Below are positions 8,227-16,589 of a stretch of 53,959 bases of DNA, piece after piece. Each line of letters opens with the position of its first letter. The first letter of the stretch is position 1. Position numbers and translations under genes: made by a program. This DNA is from an uncultured Clostridia bacterium (lineage in GTDB: Bacteria; Bacillota; Clostridia; Christensenellales; UBA1242): the NCBI GenBank assembly GCA_944349535.1, contig CALVNA010000002.1:1-53959 (forward strand). Direction: 5' to 3'. The notes below the pieces were generated by a model. The model was given only the letters and a program-made list of their open reading frames with translations, was not told the origin of the DNA and ran no database searches.

Positions 8227-8888
8227 AAATTGACATTTTAACGCTTTTTCCAGAAGCTTTTTCCTATCTTGACTGCAGTATTTTGAAAAGAGCACAAGAA
8301 AAAAAATTGGTGGAAGTCAATTTGACAAACATTCGTGATTTTTCTCTAGATAAGCATAAAAAATGTGACGACTACCCTTTCGGTGGTGGAGCAGGAATGC
8401 TTATGATGATTCAGCCGCTATATGATGCAATAAAATCCGTCAAAAAACGAAACAGCACACTCATCTTTCCTTCGCCAAAAGGCAAAGTTTTTGATCATTG
8501 TGATGCCGAAGAACTTGCCAAAAAAAAGCACTTAGTTTTTATCTGCGGGCACTATGAAGGTGTTGACGAGCGCTTGTTTGAACTTTTTGATATAAAACAA
8601 TTTTCAATCGGAGACTATGTGCTGACAGGTGGAGAGCTTCCAAGTATGGTTATGATTGACAGCATAACAAGACAGATTGATGGTGTTCTTGGCAAAGATA
8701 GCCTAAGCGAAGAAAGCTTCTCTTCTGGCGCTTTGGAGTATCCTCAATACACTCGTCCTGCAGTGTTTAAAAATAAGGCTGTGCCTGCTGTTTTGCTCTC
8801 TGGCAATCATCAGGAAATTGCAAATTGGAGAAAACAGCAAGCATACAACGAGACTGCAGAAAAAAGACCAGACTTATTAAAAAAATAA
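8223..8888 (+). CDS. trmD: tRNA (guanine37-N1)-methyltransferase TrmD
   Basis: IDILTLFPE, DDYPFGGGAGM and VLTGGELP motifs. ATGA overlap with the rimM stop. Confidence 0.95.
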   Translation: MKIDILTLFPEAFSYLDCSILKRAQEKKLVEVNLTNIRDFSLDKHKKCDDYPFGGGAGMLMMIQPLYDAIKSVKKRNSTLIFPSPKGKVFDHCDAEELAKKKHLVFICGHYEGVDERLFELFDIKQFSIGDYVLTGGELPSMVMIDSITRQIDGVLGKDSLSEESFSSGALEYPQYTRPAVFKNKAVPAVLLSGNHQEIANWRKQQAYNETAEKRPDLLKK

Positions 8889-8922
8889 TATACATGTTAA
8901 GAGATTTATTTAGGAGAAAAAG

Positions 8923-9735
8923 ATGAAGATAAATTGGTTTCCAGGGCACATGAAAAAGGCTTTGCAAGAAATGAAAAAACTTCTTGCAAATATTGATGCT
9001 CTCATCTATGTGCTTGACTGCCGAGCGCCTATTTCTTCAATCAATCCTTCATTAAATAAGCTTGCAGAAGGCAAAAAAATTTTGTTTGTTTTTAACAAAT
9101 TTGATCTTTCTGATCAAGAAAGAGTGAAATTTTTGGCAAAGAGTTTCAAAAAGCCAAACTCTGACTATGTTTGTCTTGACAGCACGATGTCAGGATCAAG
9201 CAAAATCATCAAACAAAAAATCAACAACTTGTGTCGTGATAAACTTGAAAAATTTAAGGCAAAGGGGCTGAAAACTACAATAAGGGCTCTTGTTGTTGGA
9301 GTGCCAAATTCTGGCAAAAGCACTTTGGTCAACAATTTGTGCGGCAAGGCTAAAGCTATCACTGGAAACAAGCCTGCTGTAACAAAGCTCAATCAATGGG
9401 TGGCTATCGGTGATAATATTGAACTTTGCGATACTCCAGGAACACTTTATCCAAATCTTGAAAATCAGGAAATTGCAAAAAAACTTTGCCTTATTGGCAG
9501 CATTAAAGATCAAATTTTCGATGAGTTGGAGCTGGCAACAGAACTTTTAAAGATGCTGGAAGAAAAATATCCAAGTGAGCTTGCAAATCGTTTTAAAGAA
9601 GCAAAAGATTTGGGAGAAATTGCAAAAAATCGAGGCTATTTGCTTGGGAAAGGCGAGCTTGACTTGTCAAGGGCAGCAAATGCTGTGATTGATGATTTTC
9701 GCAAAGGCAGAATTGGGAGAATAACATTAGACTGA
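8923..9735 (+). CDS. rbgA: Ribosome biogenesis GTPase A (RbgA/YlqF)
   Basis: INWFPGHMKKA start, circularly permuted G motifs (NKFDL ... GVPNSGKSTL ... DTPG). Confidence 0.9.
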   Translation: MKINWFPGHMKKALQEMKKLLANIDALIYVLDCRAPISSINPSLNKLAEGKKILFVFNKFDLSDQERVKFLAKSFKKPNSDYVCLDSTMSGSSKIIKQKINNLCRDKLEKFKAKGLKTTIRALVVGVPNSGKSTLVNNLCGKAKAITGNKPAVTKLNQWVAIGDNIELCDTPGTLYPNLENQEIAKKLCLIGSIKDQIFDELELATELLKMLEEKYPSELANRFKEAKDLGEIAKNRGYLLGKGELDLSRAANAVIDDFRKGRIGRITLD

Positions 9736-10085
9736 TGAAAACACTGAATAAGATCAAAGGTGATAAGGCGGAGGCACAGGCGGTCAATTTTTTAAAAAAA
9801 CAGAAATATAAAATATTGGAGACCAATTACAGAAACAAGCTTGGAGAGATTGACATCGTTGCGCAAAAAGGCAAAACCATTTGTTTTGTTGAAGTCAAGC
9901 AGCGTCAAACGGCAACTTATGGTTTGCCATGTGAAGCGGTTGATCGAAGAAAACAGCACAAGATTGCAAGAACTGGTCAGCTTTTTCTTCTGCAGAATCA
10001 TTTGACGAATGCCGAAGTTTGCTTTTGTGTGGTGGAAATTTTGGATGAAAGCATCAATTTAATTGAAAATGCATTTGAAATTTGA
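9735..10085 (+). CDS. yraN: YraN family endonuclease (UPF0102)
   Basis: GDKAEAQAVNFLKKQKYKILETNYRNKLGEIDIVA...VEVK pattern. Confidence 0.85.
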   Translation: MKTLNKIKGDKAEAQAVNFLKKQKYKILETNYRNKLGEIDIVAQKGKTICFVEVKQRQTATYGLPCEAVDRRKQHKIARTGQLFLLQNHLTNAEVCFCVVEILDESINLIENAFEI

Positions 10086-10122
10086 TGTTTAATTTTTAGT
10101 CTTATGGGCAATAAAAGGCTAT

Positions 10123-10638
10123 ATGAAAAAACTTTTGTTATGCTCATTTTTTTTATGTTTAAGCTTGTTTCTTGTTGCCTGTGAAGACACCTTGAAGGTG
10201 CGTGGAGCAAATATAAGCGAAATCACGGCTGCAGGCAGCGACAACTATGGAGTTTGCGTGTCATTCAACAGCGACAGCCGTATTGAAGAGCTTGGGGTTG
10301 ATGTTCAATTGCGTTTCGAGAAAAAGGGCGAAATTGTTTTTTGGGAAGATAATGGTCAAAAACAGACATTTACAATTCAAGAGGCAGATCAATGGTATTC
10401 TCTTACAAATCTTATTGCAATAGCAAACTCAAGAGAAGGGGAAGAAAATTTTGTGAAAGCAAAGGAGGCTGTTTCACACAATTATTTGTTTAGTTCACAG
10501 CAAAACAACACGATTTCAATTCGAGTCGTTGCTGGTGATATAGCCCAAAATTCCGCCGGCACAGGATACATTTTGACTGAATCAATGGCTATCAGTGATG
10601 TGTTTAAGTTAAAAGTGAAGGCGAAACAACAAAATTAG
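10123..10638 (+). CDS. Putative lipoprotein, unknown function
   Basis: Signal peptide ending in the lipobox LVAC (MKKLLLCSFFLCLSLFLVAC). Confidence 0.65.
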   Translation: MKKLLLCSFFLCLSLFLVACEDTLKVRGANISEITAAGSDNYGVCVSFNSDSRIEELGVDVQLRFEKKGEIVFWEDNGQKQTFTIQEADQWYSLTNLIAIANSREGEENFVKAKEAVSHNYLFSSQQNNTISIRVVAGDIAQNSAGTGYILTESMAISDVFKLKVKAKQQN

Positions 10639-10660
10639 CTTACTATCAATAAAATTTAAG

Positions 10661-10692
10661 GCAAAAACGGTTTGTTTTTGCTTTTATTTTTT
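10661..10692 (+). terminator. Rho-independent terminator
   Basis: GCAAAAAC-ggttt-GTTTTTGC stem followed by a T-rich run. Confidence 0.6.
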
Positions 10693-10728
10693 CACAAAAT
10701 ATAGTAAAATGGTTTTGTAGGTGAAATT

Positions 10729-11376
10729 ATGGTTGAAATCAAAAATTTGTTTTTAAAATATACAAGAGAATACTACGCTCTTTATGATATTAATCTCAAC
10801 ATTGAAGATGGAGAGGCTGTTGCTCTTGTTGGTGAAGATGAAAGTGGAAAAACTTCGCTTTTGCGTATTCTTGCAAAACTTGAAAAGCCAAGCAAAGGGC
10901 AAGTTTATATCCGTGAAATTCCACTTGAAAAACTGAATTTTAGAACTGACTTGCAAGCGGGATATGTGCCTGCATCTCCTGTGTTTTTAGAGAAAAAGTC
11001 CGTTTATGAAAATTTTAAGTATATTTTGAAAAACTGGGGATTGACTGAAAGCGAAATTGAGAACAAAATCAACAACATTATTATTGAGTTTGCTATTGAG
11101 AAAATAAAGGATACAAAAGTGAAGGAACTTTCGCTAGAAGAAAAATATGTGCTTTCACTTATCCGTCTTTCATTAAGAGAACTTGATCTGCTTATGGTTG
11201 ACAACATTTTTGACAAGCTTAGCGATGCGACAATGGATGTGGTTTGTGATTTGATAAAAAAATTAAAAACAAAAAAGACCACACTTATTGTGGCGACAAC
11301 CAAGCCTGAAATAGCTCAGAAATTTGCAAAGAAAATGATTTACTTTAAAAATGGATCCGTTGTTGAAAGCTTGTAA
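10729..11376 (+). CDS. ABC-transporter ATP-binding-fold protein with degenerate catalytic motifs and no adjacent permease
   Basis: Walker A GEDESGKTS is present. Signature is LSLEE rather than LSGGQ, Walker B is LLMVDN rather than DE, there is no Q-loop Gln (VPASP), and the H-loop position reads ATTK. Confidence 0.7.
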   Translation: MVEIKNLFLKYTREYYALYDINLNIEDGEAVALVGEDESGKTSLLRILAKLEKPSKGQVYIREIPLEKLNFRTDLQAGYVPASPVFLEKKSVYENFKYILKNWGLTESEIENKINNIIIEFAIEKIKDTKVKELSLEEKYVLSLIRLSLRELDLLMVDNIFDKLSDATMDVVCDLIKKLKTKKTTLIVATTKPEIAQKFAKKMIYFKNGSVVESL

Positions 11377-11715
11377 TTAAATGATTATATCATCGTCTTG
11401 AGGCGGTGATTTTTTTTGCCCATCATCTGAAGAGGCTGTTTTGTTTGATAAAACAGAACTTAAAGCTGACAAATCGACATTTTTGTTTAGCATTGACAAA
11501 AGCATGGATAGCATATTTTGATTCATTGAAAAATTGTTTGCCTCCATGTTGTTTTGTCCGTTTTGATATGCCTCGTCCGGAAAACTTTGCCCATAAGGAT
11601 TAAAACCTTGTTTTTGCACATTTTGCGTCATAGGGGCATTGGCCATGGCGTCGTTTTTATTTTGACCAAAACCTGAACTGAGCATCGAAAAAAGCTCAAG
11701 CAAATTGTTGTTCAT
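11377..11715 (-). CDS. Hypothetical N/Q/M-rich low-complexity protein, 112 aa
   Basis: Intact ORF. Its stop abuts the stop of the convergent ABC-like gene. No family recognised. Confidence 0.5.
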   Translation of the reverse strand: MNNNLLELFSMLSSGFGQNKNDAMANAPMTQNVQKQGFNPYGQSFPDEAYQNGQNNMEANNFSMNQNMLSMLLSMLNKNVDLSALSSVLSNKTASSDDGQKKSPPQDDDIII

Positions 11716-11794
11716 GACTATATATATTCGTTAGAAAAAAATATTGTTAAAGTTTTTAAAGCCCTTTTCATATATTGAACTTAGGGGAGAAAAT

Positions 11795-12055
11795 ATGACA
11801 AAACTATCTGAATTTAAATCTGACAACAGACAAAAACGACAGGTAACCGAGCAGGATTTGCAGCAAACTTATGAAAAATATAAAGATAAATCTCAAAGCG
11901 AGCTTTTTGAAAGTCTTATGCAGCAAGTCAACTTGCAAAAAGCAAACGGAACCTTCGACTACGGCGCACTTGAGCAAATGGTGAATAGTTTGCAAGGAAG
12001 TTTGCCGAAAGAAAATTTTGAAAACATAAAAAGGATTTTAGAACGATTGAAATGA
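11795..12055 (+). CDS. Hypothetical small helical protein, about 86 aa
   Basis: GGGGAGA lies 4 nt before the ATG at 11795. ATGA overlap with the downstream protease gene. Confidence 0.55.
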   Translation: MTKLSEFKSDNRQKRQVTEQDLQQTYEKYKDKSQSELFESLMQQVNLQKANGTFDYGALEQMVNSLQGSLPKENFENIKRILERLK

Positions 12056-13185
12056 ACAGACAAAAGATAGACTCCTCTTTGCTGGCTGTGGCAAAAGCTT
12101 TGGGCTGGCAAAAGAAGATTGATTGCATTGTGAAAGCATATGATTTTGAAAGATTAAAAAAAATATTCTTACATAGAAAAATTGAAATCCTGAATGAATA
12201 TTTATTCATAAAATCTTTTCAAGTAAGATTGAGCGGACAAGAAATTTCAGCACTCAGCAACTTGACGCAAGTGAGCAAAATCTATTCAGTTTCAACAGCA
12301 TCTGCACTGATGAATGTGGCAAAAAAGATTTTGAATGTTGATTCTGCTTCACTTACTGGCAAGGGCATTACGGTTGCTTTTATAGACACTGGGCTTTGCA
12401 GGCATATCGATTTTATTGCTGGCAAAAACCGAATTAAGCTTTTCAAAGATTTTGTCAGCGATAAGTCATTATGCTATGACGACAACGGGCATGGCACTTT
12501 TGTATGCGGAGTATGCTCTGGCAATGGCATGCTCTCTGGCGGCAAATATTCAGGTGTTGCTCCTCAAAGCGAAATTGTTTCGCTGAAAGCTCTTTCTTCC
12601 AAGGGTGAGGCGGGTGCAGACAAGATTTTGAATGCTATGCAGTGGATTTATGACAATCATAAAAAATTTGATATAAAAATCGTTTGTATGAGTTTTGGCT
12701 CTGAGCCACTTGGATATAATGACCCAATCATGAGTGGTGCTGAAGCTCTTTGGAAAGAAGGCGTGGTTGTTGTGGCTGCCGCAGGGAACAGTGGACCTGA
12801 ATTTCAAACAATAAAAAGCCCTGGTGTGTCAAACCGAATTATCACAGTTGGTGGATTTGATGACAATCGCAACGATGAAGAAAGTTTTGATGAAAAGTTT
12901 TTTGAAGTTGCATCATTTTCTTCTCGAGGTCCTTCATTTAACAGATTTAAACCTGACCTTATTGCACCTAGTGTTGACATAACTTCTTGCGGACTCAACA
13001 ACGACTATGTCAAGTTGAGCGGCACAAGTGTTGCAACACCAATGGTTGCTGGAATGTGCGCTCTTCTGCTGCAAGCAAAGCCAGCTTTGACACCAAACCA
13101 AGTGAAAAATATTATTTTGTCAAGCTGCCATCCAATTTGTTTTAATAAAAATTTAGAAGGACTAGGTTATCCAAAATTAAACTAA
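12052..13185 (+). CDS. Subtilisin-like serine protease (peptidase S8) with an N-terminal propeptide-like region and no signal peptide
   Basis: Catalytic-triad motifs AFIDTG, HGTFVCG and SGTSVATPMVAG, plus AAAGNSGP. Confidence 0.85.
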   Translation: MNRQKIDSSLLAVAKALGWQKKIDCIVKAYDFERLKKIFLHRKIEILNEYLFIKSFQVRLSGQEISALSNLTQVSKIYSVSTASALMNVAKKILNVDSASLTGKGITVAFIDTGLCRHIDFIAGKNRIKLFKDFVSDKSLCYDDNGHGTFVCGVCSGNGMLSGGKYSGVAPQSEIVSLKALSSKGEAGADKILNAMQWIYDNHKKFDIKIVCMSFGSEPLGYNDPIMSGAEALWKEGVVVVAAAGNSGPEFQTIKSPGVSNRIITVGGFDDNRNDEESFDEKFFEVASFSSRGPSFNRFKPDLIAPSVDITSCGLNNDYVKLSGTSVATPMVAGMCALLLQAKPALTPNQVKNIILSSCHPICFNKNLEGLGYPKLN

Positions 13186-13208
13186 AAACTGCAAATACAG
13201 TTTTTTTG
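13186..13208. terminator. Weak bidirectional hairpin between convergent genes
   Basis: AAAACTG-caaata-CAGTTTT flanked by A and T runs. The stem is AT-rich. Confidence 0.35.
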
Positions 13209-13249
13209 ATAAAAATCAGTAAAAATATTGTCGAAAATTTTAAATTAAA

Positions 13250-14299
13250 TTATTTTTCGACGTTCTTTATTTGTTCGATAATTTTTTCGCAAGCATCAAA
13301 AGGTTGCATTTTTTGCATATTTTTTTTGTAATTTTCACGATTTTTAAACAAATTTTCAAGTTTTATAAGCAAAAGCTTGTCATCATAGTCTTCTTCTTGC
13401 AACATATCGCACAGCTCTTGCTCTTTAAATAGTTTTGCATTTTCGATTTGGTCGCCACGAGAACATTTTTTTGATAAAGGGATAAGCAGCATGGGTTTTC
13501 GAAGAGCCAAAAATTCATTGATCGCACCTGAGCCAGCACGAGACAGCACAATGTCAGCAAAAGCCAAATAGTCTCCAATATTTTCTGCATAATCAACCTG
13601 CAGATAATTTTTGCAGGTGTGTTTATTGTCCTTTGCTTGTTTTCCTGCAATATGCACCACATTAAATTTCTGCGTTAATTTATCAAGATTGCTCCAAACT
13701 TTTTGATTTATGAAATTGGCTCCAAGCGAGCCGCCTACAACAAGAAGGTTTGGCAAATTTTTATCAAATTGCGTCAGATTTTTGATTTTGTTTTTGTCGC
13801 CGCTTAAAACTTTTTTCCTTATGGGCTGCCCAGTAAAAACGCATTTGTTTTTTCCTTCTGCAGTTTGCTTGAAGGCAGTGCACATTACCGAGCAATTTTT
13901 CAAGATGATTTTGTTTGCAAGTCCAAAGCTTAAATCACTTTCATGACTTACAACCGGCAAACCCAAGCTTTTTGCGGCAAGCACAACAGGCATGGCTACA
14001 AATCCGCCTTTTGAAAAAATTACTGACGGATTGATTTGCCTTAGCAGCTGTTTTGCTTTTTTAATTGCGGTGAAAAGTTTGAAGGGTATAAGTAAATTTT
14101 TGAAAGTAAGGCTGCGAGCAAGTTTCACGGTTGGTATCTGATAAAACTCAATATCTTTTTCCTTTGAAATGATATCTTTTTCCATGCCATTTCCGCCAAT
14201 ATACACAAAATTATATTGACCTTCAACTTTTTCTTTAACAGCCAGCAGTGGATAAATATGTCCCGCCGTTCCACCTCCTGTCAAGACCATTATTTTCAT
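13250..14299 (-). CDS. murG: Undecaprenyldiphospho-muramoylpentapeptide beta-N-acetylglucosaminyltransferase MurG
   Basis: MVLTGGGTAGHIYPLLAV N-terminus and GGSLGA motif. The 349-aa length fits. Confidence 0.9.
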   Translation of the reverse strand: MKIMVLTGGGTAGHIYPLLAVKEKVEGQYNFVYIGGNGMEKDIISKEKDIEFYQIPTVKLARSLTFKNLLIPFKLFTAIKKAKQLLRQINPSVIFSKGGFVAMPVVLAAKSLGLPVVSHESDLSFGLANKIILKNCSVMCTAFKQTAEGKNKCVFTGQPIRKKVLSGDKNKIKNLTQFDKNLPNLLVVGGSLGANFINQKVWSNLDKLTQKFNVVHIAGKQAKDNKHTCKNYLQVDYAENIGDYLAFADIVLSRAGSGAINEFLALRKPMLLIPLSKKCSRGDQIENAKLFKEQELCDMLQEEDYDDKLLLIKLENLFKNRENYKKNMQKMQPFDACEKIIEQIKNVEK

Positions 14300-14444
14300 A
14301 AACTTCTCCTTTTTTGTGCTTGTGTTTATATATGTTTATTGCTGCAAAAATTTGCAAATTTATATTATTATTATGTTCTTTGATTAGAAAAATATTTGAT
14401 CTTATAAAGCGTAAAAATATACAATAAAATGAATAAATATACAC

Positions 14445-14533
14445 AAAATTTGTTTAAAAATTTTTTAAGCAAATGTGGCAGGCAAATTTTTAATATTTGT
14501 TTTTTATCTTTAAAAAATTTGTTTAAAAATTTT
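14445..14533 (+). repeat. Two copies of the 20-nt direct repeat AAAATTTGTTTAAAAATTTT (14445-14464 and 14514-14533)
   Basis: Identical 20-mers 69 bp apart in the 282-bp AT-rich intergenic region. The second copy overlaps the -35 region of the downstream promoter. Confidence 0.7.
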
Positions 14534-14547
14534 GCTTGTGATATAAT
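14519..14547 (+). promoter_or_regulatory. Promoter of the topoisomerase operon, with an extended -10 box
   Basis: TTGTTT, a 17-nt spacer, then TGaTATAAT (14539-14547). AAGGAGA precedes the ATG at 14582. Confidence 0.45.
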
Positions 14548-14581
14548 AAAACTATATTTTTGGGTATTTTAAGGAGAAATA

Positions 14582-16555
14582 ATGGCTGAGAAGAACTACG
14601 ATTCAAAAGATATTGTTGTGCTTGAAGGTCTTGATGCAGTTCGTCTGCGTCCAGGAATGTATATTGGCACAACTGGAGTGAAAGGCTTTCATCATCTTCT
14701 TTGGGAAATTGTTGATAATGCTATTGATGAGATTTCAAATGGCTATGGCGACACAATCAGAATTACCTTGAATAAGGATGGCTCTGCAACTGTTGAAGAC
14801 AATGGTAGGGGAATTCCTGTTGACCTTCATCCTACTCTGCACAAATCTGGTGTCGAAGTTGTTTATACAACATTGCACGCCGGTGGAAAATTCAACAATT
14901 CAAACTATAAGTTCTCAGGCGGTTTGCATGGTGTTGGAGCTTCAGTTACCAACGCTCTTTCTTCATGGTGCAACGTTACCGTTTATAAAGATAAAAAAGA
15001 ATATTTTGTTGGTTTTCATTCTTATCGTGATGAAAATGGAAAGATGCACAGCGGTGTTGCAAGAGAGTCTTTGAAATGTGTTGGAAAAACTGACAAACAA
15101 GGCACTAAAGTTACATTTTTGCCAGACAAGGAAATGTTTGGAAGTGTGACATTCAATTTTGAAAGCGTTTGCAATCGTGCAAGAGAGCTTGCCTTTTTAA
15201 ATAAGGGGCTGAAAATTGTGCTGCAAGATGAGCGCACAGGAGAGGGGGAAATTTATCATTATGAAGGTGGAATAGCTGATTTTGTTAGTTATCTTGTCGA
15301 AGGCAAAAATAAGCTTTTTGCAAAACCTATTTATTTTCATGGACAGGATGAAAACTTTGATCTTGAAGTTGCTTTTATCTATACTGATTCTTACACTGAA
15401 AGCAGTTTTTCTTTTGTCAACAACATTCCCACCATTGAAGGTGGCACTCATGAGACAGGGTTTAAAAGTGCTTTCACCAAAGTTATGAATGATTGGGCAA
15501 GAAGCAACAATTTTTTGAAAGAAAAAGAATCAAATCTTTTAGGTGAAGATTTTCGTGAAGGCATTACTGTTGTTTTGAATGTCAAAATGAACAATGTTCA
15601 ATTTGAAGGGCAAACCAAAACCAAGCTTGGCAACCCTGAAGCAAAAACTCTTGTTGAAAGTTTGACAATAAAAGAGCTTTCCAAGATATTGTCAGACAAG
15701 AAAAATTCAGCTGTTGCAGAAGTGATTGTCAATAAGGCAAAAGGCGCTGCAAAAGTGCGTGAAGCTGCCAAAAAAGCCAAAGAGCTGACAAGAGCAAAAA
15801 ATTCAGCTGAAAACTTTAACCTTGTTGGAAAGCTTGCCGCTTCCACTTCAAAAGACAGAGAAAAATCAGAGCTTTTTATTGTGGAAGGAGATTCTGCTGG
15901 CGGCAGCGCAAAGCAGGGCAGAGACAGGCGTTTTCAGGCTATTTTGCCGTTGCGTGGAAAGCCTTTGAATGCTGAAAAGAAAAGAATTGATCAAGTGCTT
16001 GCAAATGAAGAAATCAGAACCATCATTTCAGCGCTAAACACAGGCATAGGGCAAGATTTTGACCTTTCAAGTTTGAGATATAACAAGGTCATCATCCTTT
16101 CAGATGCCGATCAAGACGGAGCTCATATCCGTGCAATTTTGCTGACTTTCTTCTTTCGATATATGCGAGAGCTTATCAATGATGGGCACGTTTATATTGG
16201 CTTGCCACCACTTTATAAGGTCTATAAAAAAGACTATACCGAGTATGTTTATTCTGATGCTGAATTGCCACAAGCAATTGCAAGAGCGGGACGCAACTAT
16301 AGTTTGCAAAGATATAAAGGTTTGGGCGAAATGAATCCTGATCAGCTTTGGGAAACAACAATGGACCCTGACAAACGCAATTTGATCAAAGTCAGCATCG
16401 ATGATGCGGCAGAAGCTGAAAGGCTTGTTACCACGCTGATGGGTGACGACATTGAAGCAAGAAAACAATATATCAATCAGTATGCAAACTTTGACAAAGA
16501 AGATGAATTTTACAAAAACTATAGCAAAGTCAACACTAAAACAGCGATTGATTAA
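14582..16555 (+). CDS. Type IIA DNA topoisomerase subunit B (GyrB/ParE family)
   Basis: VLEGLDAVRLRPGMYIG, GRGIP, LHAGGKF, GGLHGVGAS, EGDSAGG (Toprim) and PLRGK motifs. Confidence 0.92.
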   Translation: MAEKNYDSKDIVVLEGLDAVRLRPGMYIGTTGVKGFHHLLWEIVDNAIDEISNGYGDTIRITLNKDGSATVEDNGRGIPVDLHPTLHKSGVEVVYTTLHAGGKFNNSNYKFSGGLHGVGASVTNALSSWCNVTVYKDKKEYFVGFHSYRDENGKMHSGVARESLKCVGKTDKQGTKVTFLPDKEMFGSVTFNFESVCNRARELAFLNKGLKIVLQDERTGEGEIYHYEGGIADFVSYLVEGKNKLFAKPIYFHGQDENFDLEVAFIYTDSYTESSFSFVNNIPTIEGGTHETGFKSAFTKVMNDWARSNNFLKEKESNLLGEDFREGITVVLNVKMNNVQFEGQTKTKLGNPEAKTLVESLTIKELSKILSDKKNSAVAEVIVNKAKGAAKVREAAKKAKELTRAKNSAENFNLVGKLAASTSKDREKSELFIVEGDSAGGSAKQGRDRRFQAILPLRGKPLNAEKKRIDQVLANEEIRTIISALNTGIGQDFDLSSLRYNKVIILSDADQDGAHIRAILLTFFFRYMRELINDGHVYIGLPPLYKVYKKDYTEYVYSDAELPQAIARAGRNYSLQRYKGLGEMNPDQLWETTMDPDKRNLIKVSIDDAAEAERLVTTLMGDDIEARKQYINQYANFDKEDEFYKNYSKVNTKTAID

Positions 16556-16589
16556 GTAAAGAATAAAAATTTTGATTTAAGAGGATAAA

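Noticed and set aside
7762-8295. A 177-aa minus-strand ORF antisense to rimM/trmD
   Set aside because: It is a shadow ORF inside a conserved ribosomal-biogenesis operon, with no independent start signals.
14300-14581. The AT-rich 282-bp intergenic region next to a gyrB-like gene, considered as a replication origin
   Set aside because: I found no TTATCCACA/TGTGGATAA DnaA boxes; the only near match is TGTGGCAGG. There is no dnaA, dnaN or recF nearby. Divergent promoters explain the AT-richness.
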